From Rhodothermales bacterium (GTDB lineage Bacteria > Bacteroidota > Rhodothermia > Rhodothermales > JABDKH01), in the NCBI GenBank assembly GCA_013002165.1, contig JABDKO010000227.1, positions 5,142-69,141 on the forward strand: a DNA stretch of 64,000 nucleotides. Direction: 5' to 3'. Below the pieces are notes generated by a model. That model ran no database searches. It was not told the DNA's origin and was given only the letters and a program-made list of their open reading frames with translations. The translations under genes and the position numbers were made by a program. Of this stretch, positions 17,901 to 24,732 are shown one piece after another (within the stretch, counting starts at the first letter, position 1; each line of letters starts with the position of its first letter).

Positions 17901-18574
17901 CAACGATCACAGTAAGAATTGAAGAGATCAGTTCCGGTCAGAGCTCTGCACGCATCGGCGTGATGCTTCGCAGTCAGCTCACGCCGGCTGCAACCATGGC
18001 ACATTTGACCATCGATGGCACGGGGCAGGCACATCTCGAGAGTCGCCCCGTAGCAGGTGCTCCGGCGACCTTCTCATCGGCTGGTAGCTTCGGGATTCCC
18101 GGGTGGATCCGGATTAGCCGTCAGGGCAATACATTCAGAACCTTTGCTTCGGTAGATGGTGCAGTATGGACGCCGACAGGGCAGGTCGAGATAGGAATGC
18201 CGGAAACTGTATTTATGGGTGTGACCGCGTCATCCCAATCGGGGTCATCGTTTGACGCCAGTCTTGACAACGTCGCATTCGAGTCGACCGATGAAGCCCT
18301 GCCGGCTGGATACCTTCTGTCTGAAGCCTACCCGAACCCGTTTAATCCGGCCTCGCAGATAACCCTGGTGGTAGACCAGGCGCAGGAGATAAGCGTTTCC
18401 GTGTACAGTGTTACCGGTGTTTTAGTCCAGCAATTGTTCATCGGTGAAGTCGCCGCAAACCAGCTGTACGAATACAGATTTGCTGCGACGGATGGACTTG
18501 CCAGTGGCACTTATTTCTTGCGGGTTTACGGAGAATCCTTTGCGGCAACGAGAGCCGTGGTTTTACTCAAATAA
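14960..18574 (+). CDS. Secreted 1204-aa adhesin-like protein: six PKD domains, a LamG/ConA-like domain, a second ConA-like domain and a T9SS sorting domain
   Basis: It has the signal peptide MERVLGLVALLCLATGVTGTVQAQ, PKD signatures (FDASxSxDxDGSIxSYxWxFGDG...YxVxLTVTDDDG) and a C-terminal YPNPFNPASQITLVV. Confidence 0.9.
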   Translation: MERVLGLVALLCLATGVTGTVQAQTHFTGCVSSTGENATVLVNDTIGPSIDGVALASGDEIAVFTTEGLCVGVEVWTGINIALTVWGDNSLTTEKDGLSASEQMNFVVWDASSQTEFGNSYGSVDVAYSSVSPYNGTGLYDSDAIYQLTLLAASTPRHPVAAASATPTSGSTPLLVTFDASASSDEDGSIISYAWDFGDGGSGSGVGTTNTFMSAGTYPVVLTVTDDDAYSSTDTVTIVVSPAPTNVPPTASFSLTPDSGQAPLTVTVDASGSSDSDGSIVSYTWTFGDGSSATGVSASHEYSQAGTFSVVLTVTDDDGATASETRTVSVLEPNNQPPAAAFSASTSTGVIPLLVTFDASSSTDPDGSIATYTWNFGDGSAATGVSTSKTYTVAGSYIVTLTVTDDDGASSLTQQTILASAGTSNLPPVAAFTLTPSVGTAPVTVATDGSASTDSDGTISSYAWDYGDGATGTGVTDSHTYSTSGTYTVTLTVSDNNGATGSSSQTVTVSSPPTAGPLVMHLTFDESSGQNATDVSTNGNDGTLQGGAEFATAGILSGAVLLNGGDAYVDVADNAVLNQQIVSKRTISIWFRADDVSVSSRKQVIWEEGGQQKGLSIYLFNGSLYVGGWNKSTSESGWDGTFLSTSAVQSNTWNHVALVLNGGPTVSPGALLGYLNGASIGNGTASQVWSHNDDIGIGRVDGDTWFHDATNKSGQTHGFSGYIDDVRVYNQVLTQPEINDLANGGGASQNLPPNAVIDVDQQSGPAPLQVNFSATRSSDNDGSIQSYSWTLGNGEFGTGPTVAASYTTAGTYSVTLTVIDNDGATSSANATITVEQTVGNAPPRAEIVETLGRRNSMSISLNGESSSDPDGSIVHYDWDFGDGATSTGPSATHEYSSPGSFQVILTVTDDVGLQGSSTFWVSVYDLLPEGTGSSLVGAGQGQDPGFASYDGETLTLRSSAAVPSASSDVFRFVHETVSGDATITVRIEEISSGQSSARIGVMLRSQLTPAATMAHLTIDGTGQAHLESRPVAGAPATFSSAGSFGIPGWIRISRQGNTFRTFASVDGAVWTPTGQVEIGMPETVFMGVTASSQSGSSFDASLDNVAFESTDEALPAGYLLSEAYPNPFNPASQITLVVDQAQEISVSVYSVTGVLVQQLFIGEVAANQLYEYRFAATDGLASGTYFLRVYGESFAATRAVVLLK
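15434..16490 (+). repeat. Four tandem PKD domain repeats (protein-level repeats)
   Basis: Four roughly 88-aa units each contain the D-x-DG-S-I pattern, W-x-FGDG and LTVTDDDG-like motifs. Confidence 0.85.
16505..17195 (+). other. LamG / concanavalin-A-like lectin domain
   Basis: The region runs LVMHLTFDESSGQNATDVSTNGNDGTLQGGAEF...WNHVALVLNG...GYIDDVRVYNQVLTQPEINDL. Confidence 0.7.
17211..17730 (+). repeat. Two further PKD domain repeats
   Basis: Supporting segments are SSDNDGSIQSYSWTLGNGEFG...TLTVIDNDG and SSDPDGSIVHYDWDFGDGAT...ILTVTDDVG. Confidence 0.8.
18313..18571 (+). other. T9SS C-terminal sorting domain
   Basis: LLSEAYPNPFNPASQITLVVDQAQEISVSVYSVTGVLVQQL...GTYFLRVYGESFAATRAVVLLK. Confidence 0.85.
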
Positions 18575-18720
18575 GATTTCGTTTGAGAAAACTGGATGTG
18601 GGTCGATTCTTGTCAATAAGTAGTGAAGGGCTCGTTACATGTCGCAAGTAGACGGAAAATATCGTATAACTTTAAGTCGATATTCTCAACTTTCTGACGG
18701 CTCTTTCCGTCCAACCCCTT

Positions 18721-19035
18721 ATGATTGCTGAAGCTGAAATGATCTCCGAAAAAGCGTATATAATCGTAAGTAAAGATCTTCTATCATCGAGGCTGGGCGA
18801 CGAGATTGTAATCCTTAGTGTCAACGGTGGGAAATACTACGGTCTCAATCCTCTCGCGGCGTTCGTCTGGGGCCTGCTTGCAGATCCAGTCAAATTCAAT
18901 GACTTGAAGATGGCTGTCCTGCAAGAGTATGAAGTCCCTGAAGATAAATGTGTCGCCGATCTGAACAAGCTGATCGTCGATCTACAGAAAGAAGGCCTCG
19001 TCAGCATTGCTGAAGAGAATCCGGTCACGTCCTGA
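18721..19035 (+). CDS. PqqD-like RiPP recognition element (lasso peptide B1 protein)
   Basis: 104 aa with the pattern LGDEIVILSVNGGKYYGLNPLAAFVWGLL...LQEYEVPEDKCVADLNKLIVDLQKEGLV, typical of PqqD/RRE proteins. The start could also be the Met at 18739. Confidence 0.85.
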   Translation: MIAEAEMISEKAYIIVSKDLLSSRLGDEIVILSVNGGKYYGLNPLAAFVWGLLADPVKFNDLKMAVLQEYEVPEDKCVADLNKLIVDLQKEGLVSIAEENPVTS

Positions 19036-19101
19036 GGCTCCGGTTGACCTTCACATTTCGTGACCGCTCGAGACACTTCGAGACCGTCAATCGGGCATAG
19101 C

Positions 19102-20004
19102 ATGAAACACTATTCGGTCTACGGCCTCAACATTTCGTCAGAATTCGAACTCCTCGGCGCACGCACTACAACCCCGTCTCCGGTACCAGATGTCGTGGTG
19201 ACGCGGACCAGTCTTGATTTGCCGTCATCCGAATCTTTTGAAGATGGAAGGTATTCGTCCGCCACAATGTACGAGGCCTTACTTGCCTGGGAAAAGGTTG
19301 GCTGCATACGGATCTTGAGTGGGAAGGAGATACAGGTCGCGCCGATCGCAGGTATTCCCGATGCTGTTGTCAGCCTTTTCATAACGGGTGTAGCGATGGG
19401 TGTTTTGCTTCACCAACGAGGTTTTCTCGTATTGCACGCGAGCGCCGTCCGCATTCAGGACAAAGTCGCTGCATTCATCGGTTTCAAGGGCATGGGTAAA
19501 TCAACGACCGCCGCTGCCATGGTCGGTCAGGGCGCATCGCTGGTCTCTGATGACATCCTTGCAATCGACGGTGATTTCCTTGCGCGTCCAGGCTCCGATC
19601 TTGTCAAATTGTGGCCGCGTGCACTCAGCGCCGCTCTCGAAGATGATCCTGAAGAGAGTCCTGCCTTGTATCCCGGGATTGAAAAGCGTGCAAAGGTATT
19701 TCCAGACTCAGTTGTCGCTGAGCCGTTTCCACTCAGGGCGATCTACGTGCTCGATTCCGGCAACACAGTATCCATTCAAGATGTTGCGCCTGCCGCTGCG
19801 TTCCTTGAGATCATGCGTCATACCTACGCTCCACGTTTTGTGGGTACAGATGGGACGCCGCCGGAATTGTTTGCACAGTGCACACGTTTGGTATCGCAGA
19901 TTCCGGTATTCCGACTGCATCGAAAGCCGGACCTTGCTGAGTTGTCGTCTGTTGCTGTTGCGGTTGAAAGCCACTTCTCGGATCTTCTAGTACAGAATGA
20001 GTGA
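19102..20004 (+). CDS. HPr kinase/phosphorylase-like serine kinase (lasso-peptide tailoring kinase type)
   Basis: MKHYSVYGLNISSEFEL... then LLHQRGFLVLHASAV...AFIGFKGMGKSTTAAAMVGQGASLVSDDI (P-loop). It has an 8-nt overlap with the B2 gene. The track start at 19060 is a probable 5' over-extension. Confidence 0.8.
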   Translation: MKHYSVYGLNISSEFELLGARTTTPSPVPDVVVTRTSLDLPSSESFEDGRYSSATMYEALLAWEKVGCIRILSGKEIQVAPIAGIPDAVVSLFITGVAMGVLLHQRGFLVLHASAVRIQDKVAAFIGFKGMGKSTTAAAMVGQGASLVSDDILAIDGDFLARPGSDLVKLWPRALSAALEDDPEESPALYPGIEKRAKVFPDSVVAEPFPLRAIYVLDSGNTVSIQDVAPAAAFLEIMRHTYAPRFVGTDGTPPELFAQCTRLVSQIPVFRLHRKPDLAELSSVAVAVESHFSDLLVQNE

Positions 20005-20464
20005 TGAGAAAACATCGTACGAAGGTCGCTTCGATCGAAAATTTGCAGGCGATGGGATTCTCTTCGTCCGGGCACTACTCTTACTAGTCGTTGCCAGGCT
20101 GAGTCTCGCCGCAACAGACTATGTCCGGACAGCGAAGCTATTCGGAGAACAGGATTCCTTTGACAGCGACAGGGGGCAAGCTCAAGGCCTTGCCACTTTC
20201 AGATATCGCGCCGCCTGGGCAGTCTCAAAAGCCTCGCGTATCGTTAGATATGACCGTCCATGCCTTGCTCAGGCACTCGTGCTTCGTTTTATCCTTAGAA
20301 GAAAAGGAATATCATCTGACCTGCGCATCGGCGTAAAGAAAAATGACGACCTGTCGATTCGAGCACATGCGTGGGTCGAGAAGGACGGAATTGTTCTGAT
20401 AGGAGGTGCGTCCTCTCCGTTCAGATACACGATGCTCACCCCGGAAGATCAGATAACGCTATGA
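19997..20464 (+). CDS. Lasso peptide leader peptidase B2 (transglutaminase-like Cys protease)
   Basis: 155 aa with the catalytic Cys context RPCLAQALVLRFILRRKGI and His context IRAHAWVEKDGIVLIG. Confidence 0.85.
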   Translation: MSDEKTSYEGRFDRKFAGDGILFVRALLLLVVARLSLAATDYVRTAKLFGEQDSFDSDRGQAQGLATFRYRAAWAVSKASRIVRYDRPCLAQALVLRFILRRKGISSDLRIGVKKNDDLSIRAHAWVEKDGIVLIGGASSPFRYTMLTPEDQITL

Positions 20465-22443
20465 GTGGTCTGGCAGGAATTGTGTTCCGTGATGACCGCC
20501 ACGGGGCTGCCAATTTGATTGACAACATGGTTCAGTCAATGCAATATCGTGGGCCAGACGGGATTGACATCTGGACGAACGCGCATGCAATGCTGGGCCA
20601 GTGCACCCTTCAATCTTCCTCATTCTCTGGATCCGCAATTGCCACGGGCCAGAGCAATGATCGTTTCGTGGTCGTTGGTGATGTGCGCATTGATAACAGA
20701 GATGAACTCCTTAAAATCTGTGGTCATCCGGGAAGTGGACACCCTGCGTCGAAGTCGGACCTTGCACTCGTGAAGTTATTGTTTGAGTCGAGCGGAGATG
20801 CCTTCATTGATTCTATTGAAGGAGATTTTGCATTCGTCCTGTACGATGTTGCCGAGAGAACTATTCGCTGCTACCGCGATCATTTTGGTACGCGCCCGTT
20901 TTACTATTTCCTGAATCGAGACCTGTTTGTTTGTGCATCAGATATCAAGGGAATAATAGCATCGGGTCTGGTTGAGGACACAATCGACACCGACAAACTA
21001 GAGGACTATCTTGTCGGGAATCTTGCGAACCAGGAGAGAACGTTTTATAAAAACATCCGGCGACTGCCACCGGCAAGCGTCATGCTGGTCGACCCGGAAA
21101 ACGTGAAGTTGCATAAGTACTGGAGCGTCGACCAGGTTGAAACGATCGATGCACCGGAGGATCAGATGATCGCCGGTTTTCGCAGCCGATTTCTCACTGC
21201 TGTCAAGAATCGTATCGGATCAGCAGGCGATACTGCATTCATGCTGAGCGGCGGACTTGACTCATCGTCGGTGGTATCCAGTGCAGCCCACATTGCTGCC
21301 GGTAACACGAAAAGATTCAAAACCTATTCCGTCGAATTTCCCTATCTGCCTGACAAGATTAGAAGTCGTACCGATGAAACGGAATATGTAGATGCGGTAG
21401 TTGGTAGCAGCGGTTTGGTCAGTAGTCGGCTCGCAGGTGACACCCAGACGCCACTATCGAGCCTGCAAAGAATGCTGGAGATACACGACGAACCATTTCT
21501 CGTCCCAAATGCTTACCTCGACGCTATCGCTTTGTCTGCAGTACATCACGATGGATGCAAGGTGTTGCTCACCGGACTGGAAGGAGATCTGACTATATCG
21601 CATGGCGATTGGTACTTGAAAGAATTAGGATTCAAAGGTGAGTGGCAGTCGTTCGTCCGCGAGAGCCGTGCCCTGGCAGCCAGAACGGAGAGCGAGCCAG
21701 AGTTGTTTTTTGAACGGTATGCTGTGCCTACTCTCCAGGAACTGGCTCGCTCCGGAGAATGGGGAGCCTTCCGGCGTGGCGCTTCTTCAATGGGACAAGA
21801 ATACGGAGATTCAACCGCGGGCCTGATCTGGCGTCTTGGAATGAGACCCACTTTAGCATCAATATTCAGGAGATTCTCTCAGCGCGAGACACTGGAGGAT
21901 GAGCGGGCATTAAGATTTGTAAGTAGAAAATACCCTGGTCGGAAGGACATCATCGCCCGAATTAACGAAAGTTCACACGAGATGGACCATTCGCGGACCC
22001 AATTTGACCATCATGTTGGTCAGCTGCAGTCCGGGTATCCGGCTTCGCTGCTCGAATTTGCCGAAAAAAACGCCGCAAACTGGCAAATCGACGTTCGTCA
22101 TCCGTTTTTTGACCGCCGACTGGTCGAGTACTCCGTCGGCCTCCCCGGGAGCGCTAAATTATCTGACGGATGGGCCCGATATATACTGCGGGCATCTATG
22201 GAACAGATATTGCCTGATAAAGTACGTTGGAGGGCTCAGAAAGCGGCTCTCGGGCCCAATTTTGCCTATTTGATGGGTAAGGAGTCCGAGGATCGCATAC
22301 GTGCCCTCGCTGAAACGGCAATACAGTATTTTCCGTATATCATTGATAAATCAAGTGTTAGCAACTTGATAAATCGACAGAAATACGCTACTTTGTGGAG
22401 AATACTGGTACTGGGAGGCTGGGTTTTGCAGAAACGATCCTGA
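20461..22443 (+). CDS. Lasso peptide cyclase (asparagine-synthetase-like, C protein)
   Basis: ATG 20461 overlaps the B2 stop (ATGA). It starts MSGLAGIV, so the Cys2 glutaminase nucleophile is absent, but it keeps the PP-loop FMLSGGLDSSSV. The track start at 20371 is an over-extension. Confidence 0.9.
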   Translation: MSGLAGIVFRDDRHGAANLIDNMVQSMQYRGPDGIDIWTNAHAMLGQCTLQSSSFSGSAIATGQSNDRFVVVGDVRIDNRDELLKICGHPGSGHPASKSDLALVKLLFESSGDAFIDSIEGDFAFVLYDVAERTIRCYRDHFGTRPFYYFLNRDLFVCASDIKGIIASGLVEDTIDTDKLEDYLVGNLANQERTFYKNIRRLPPASVMLVDPENVKLHKYWSVDQVETIDAPEDQMIAGFRSRFLTAVKNRIGSAGDTAFMLSGGLDSSSVVSSAAHIAAGNTKRFKTYSVEFPYLPDKIRSRTDETEYVDAVVGSSGLVSSRLAGDTQTPLSSLQRMLEIHDEPFLVPNAYLDAIALSAVHHDGCKVLLTGLEGDLTISHGDWYLKELGFKGEWQSFVRESRALAARTESEPELFFERYAVPTLQELARSGEWGAFRRGASSMGQEYGDSTAGLIWRLGMRPTLASIFRRFSQRETLEDERALRFVSRKYPGRKDIIARINESSHEMDHSRTQFDHHVGQLQSGYPASLLEFAEKNAANWQIDVRHPFFDRRLVEYSVGLPGSAKLSDGWARYILRASMEQILPDKVRWRAQKAALGPNFAYLMGKESEDRIRALAETAIQYFPYIIDKSSVSNLINRQKYATLWRILVLGGWVLQKRS

Positions 22444-22456
22444 ATTTTTACTTTTG
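22425..22456 (+). promoter_or_regulatory. Candidate Bacteroidetes-type promoter (TTTG-N20-TACTTTTG) for the precursor gene
   Basis: TTTG at 22425-22428 and TAnnTTTG at 22449-22456, spaced 20 nt apart, lie 66 nt upstream of the precursor ATG. This is meaningful only if the host uses the Bacteroidetes sigma-A consensus. Confidence 0.3.
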
Positions 22457-22522
22457 GATCGTACTCAAAGCTAGGTGATTCAGTACAGTACATAACATCA
22501 AGCCTTAATTAAGGAATAAGAC

Positions 22523-22681
22523 ATGTCAAACAACGAGAAAAAGGCTTACGAAGCTCCGGCTTTGACCGTCTATGGCAATGTCGAGGAGATCACAAGCTCA
22601 AAGACGTGGCACGCTGCGTCTGACTGGCTTGGCGAAATCGTCGATTACATGTCGCCAAAAGACAACGACTTCTCGTCCTAA
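22523..22681 (+). CDS. Lasso peptide precursor (A), 52 aa; not in the supplied ORF track
   Basis: It translates as MSNNEKKAYEAPALTVYGNVEEITSSKTWHAASDWLGEIVDYMSPKDNDFSS. AAGGA lies 7 nt upstream of the ATG. The leader fits YxxPxLx3Gx5Tx exactly (Y9 P12 L14 G18 T24). The predicted core has Ser1...Asp9. Confidence 0.85.
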   Translation: MSNNEKKAYEAPALTVYGNVEEITSSKTWHAASDWLGEIVDYMSPKDNDFSS

Positions 22682-22694
22682 GTAAAATTGGGCA

Positions 22695-22710
22695 GGGGCA
22701 TCAGTGCCCC
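22695..22710 (+). terminator. Small GC hairpin just after the precursor stop
   Basis: GGGGCA-tcag-TGCCCC starts 14 nt after the stop codon. Confidence 0.4.
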
Positions 22711-22740
22711 TTAACGGATTCGTTCCGGCTTACGTAAGTA

Positions 22741-22780
22741 AAGCCTCGAGAGATCTCTCTCGAGGCTTTTCTATTTTATT
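22741..22780 (+). terminator. Rho-independent terminator
   Basis: A perfect 12-bp stem AAGCCTCGAGAG / CTCTCGAGGCTT with an ATCT loop is followed by TTCTATTTTATT. Confidence 0.85.
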
Positions 22781-22884
22781 AACGTCCGCTGCACATCAAA
22801 ACTTTTGATTCTGAGCCACATTGAACGATACTTTCTTAATGGAGTGTCGTTTTAACATCAAGCAGAATCTGGGCCTGAATAATC

Positions 22885-24732
22885 ATGATTCCCGAATTCG
22901 GTAAAGATCCGATCAAGGAATGGCGTAAGCTTCGCCGAGCGCTGAGGCTGGTATGGGAGTCGTCCCGGTCGTGGACGACGGCCTGGGGGATTCTGCTTGT
23001 CGTCCAGGGCCTCCTGCCGGCGGCCACGGTGTACCTGATTAAACTTCTGGTGGATGCCCTCGTCGCTACAATGCAAGCCGGAGGCTCAGGAGATACTATT
23101 GCGCCGCTCGTGACGTATGCCCTGTTGATGGCCGCGACACTGTTGGCAACGCAGCTGATGCAGCAAATCCAAAGCTGGATCCGCCTTGCACAGGCCGAAC
23201 ATGCATCTGACTACATCAGAGCAGTTATTCATGACAAGGCTGTAGAGGTCGACTACGGGTTCTATGAGACGCCGCGATACTTTGACCGACTTCATCGGGC
23301 GATATCCGATGCAGGGTCCAAGCCACTGGCGTTGCTCGAGTCTCTTGGCCTGCTTGCGCGGAACGCGATCACCTTGCTGGCAATGGCGGCCATAATCCTG
23401 CCTTACGGATGGTGGCTTCCGGCCCTGCTGATTCTCAGTACAATTCCGGCGTTTCTCGTAATCCTCCGTTACAATCGGAAAACGCACGCATGGTGGGAGT
23501 CGAGGACGACTGATCGCCGGTGGGCCCACTACTTTGATACGTTGCTGACGCACAGTTCGATGGCGGCTGAGGTCAGGCTGTTTAATCTTGGGCCCAACTA
23601 CTCATCCTTGTATCAGGATGTCAGAAAGGTTCTGCGCCGTGAACGTATTGACATCGAACGGCGAAATGTAGTTGCTCGAGGCAGCGCAGCACTCCTTGGT
23701 CTTCTTGTTCTGGCATTCGCGATGGGATGGATGGGCCTGCGTGCCATTAGAGGTGAGGTAACGCTAGGTGATATCGCGCTCTTCTACCAGGCATTCAATC
23801 AGGGTCAACAGCTGCTGAAGGGACTTCTGGGCTCCGTCGGGCAGATCTACAACAGCAGCCTGTTTCTCGACAACTTGTACGACTTTCTCGATCAGGAGCC
23901 ATCCATCGCCCATGAAGAAAATGCTCCACCGTTTCCATCCGAAGTTTCAGAGATCGAGTTTCGCGATATAACATTCCACTACCCCGAGTCAGCGCGAGCG
24001 GCACTGACTGGATTCAATCTTCGTATTGATGGTACGTCTTCAACGGCAATTGTCGGTCAGAACGGGGCCGGGAAAAGCACGCTTCTCAAACTTCTCTGCC
24101 GGTTCTACGACCCGCAGCAGGGAAGTGTTATGGTTAACGGTCGAGACATTCGCGAATATAATCTTCGAAGTCTTCGAGATTCGATTGCTGTTCTTTTTCA
24201 GTTCCCCGTCAACTTTCACGCAACGGTTGAAGAATCGATACACCTTGGCAGTATCGCACAGCCGGTAGACACGACGAGGGTTGAAGAAGCGGCGGTTGTA
24301 GCCGGAGCGGATTCGTTCATCAAGTCGCTTCCTGCAGGGTACGGTTCATTGCTCGGTAAATGGTTTGTAGACGGGCAGGAACTGAGTGGTGGAGAATGGC
24401 AGCGACTGGCAATGGCAAGGGCAATTTACCGGGACGCGCCAATAGTACTGCTGGACGAGCCGACCAGCATGATGGATTCGTGGAGTGAGGCAGACTGGTT
24501 CAATCGTCTGCTCTCACATTCGGATGGAAAGGCCTTGTGCGTAATCACGCATAGGCTCACAATCGCGAAGAGGGCAGCTACAATTGTTGTCATGCATCAG
24601 GGCAACATCGTGGAGCGAGGAACCCACGATGAACTGATCGCAAGAAATGGTCGCTACGCAGAGTCCTGGTTCGAACAACATTCGGAGGATGTGGAGGGCA
24701 GTCCTCGCGAAGTCGGGGGTGCTGGCGGATGA
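22885..24732 (+). CDS. ABC transporter, fused permease/ATPase (lasso peptide exporter/immunity type, McjD-like)
   Basis: The N-terminal half has six hydrophobic spans. It has Walker A GQNGAGKST, signature LSGGEWQR and Walker B IVLLDEPTS. Confidence 0.9.
   Translation: MIPEFGKDPIKEWRKLRRALRLVWESSRSWTTAWGILLVVQGLLPAATVYLIKLLVDALVATMQAGGSGDTIAPLVTYALLMAATLLATQLMQQIQSWIRLAQAEHASDYIRAVIHDKAVEVDYGFYETPRYFDRLHRAISDAGSKPLALLESLGLLARNAITLLAMAAIILPYGWWLPALLILSTIPAFLVILRYNRKTHAWWESRTTDRRWAHYFDTLLTHSSMAAEVRLFNLGPNYSSLYQDVRKVLRRERIDIERRNVVARGSAALLGLLVLAFAMGWMGLRAIRGEVTLGDIALFYQAFNQGQQLLKGLLGSVGQIYNSSLFLDNLYDFLDQEPSIAHEENAPPFPSEVSEIEFRDITFHYPESARAALTGFNLRIDGTSSTAIVGQNGAGKSTLLKLLCRFYDPQQGSVMVNGRDIREYNLRSLRDSIAVLFQFPVNFHATVEESIHLGSIAQPVDTTRVEEAAVVAGADSFIKSLPAGYGSLLGKWFVDGQELSGGEWQRLAMARAIYRDAPIVLLDEPTSMMDSWSEADWFNRLLSHSDGKALCVITHRLTIAKRAATIVVMHQGNIVERGTHDELIARNGRYAESWFEQHSEDVEGSPREVGGAGG

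Noticed and set aside
18639-18731. A 30-codon ORF (MSQVDGKYRITLSRYSQLSDGSFRPTPYDC) upstream of the PqqD-like gene was considered as an alternative or second lasso precursor.
   Set aside because: It has no YxxPxL...T leader motif and no plausible residue 1 plus Asp/Glu 7-9 ring arrangement after a Thr at -2. It also overlaps the B1 start. The ORF at 22523 fits the consensus perfectly.
19400-19990. A 196-aa alternative-frame ORF lies inside the kinase gene.
   Set aside because: It lies entirely within a gene that has clear family motifs, and its sequence is Ser/Arg/Cys-rich with no motif. The many other short overlapping ORFs in the track (about 60-190 aa) fail for the same reason.
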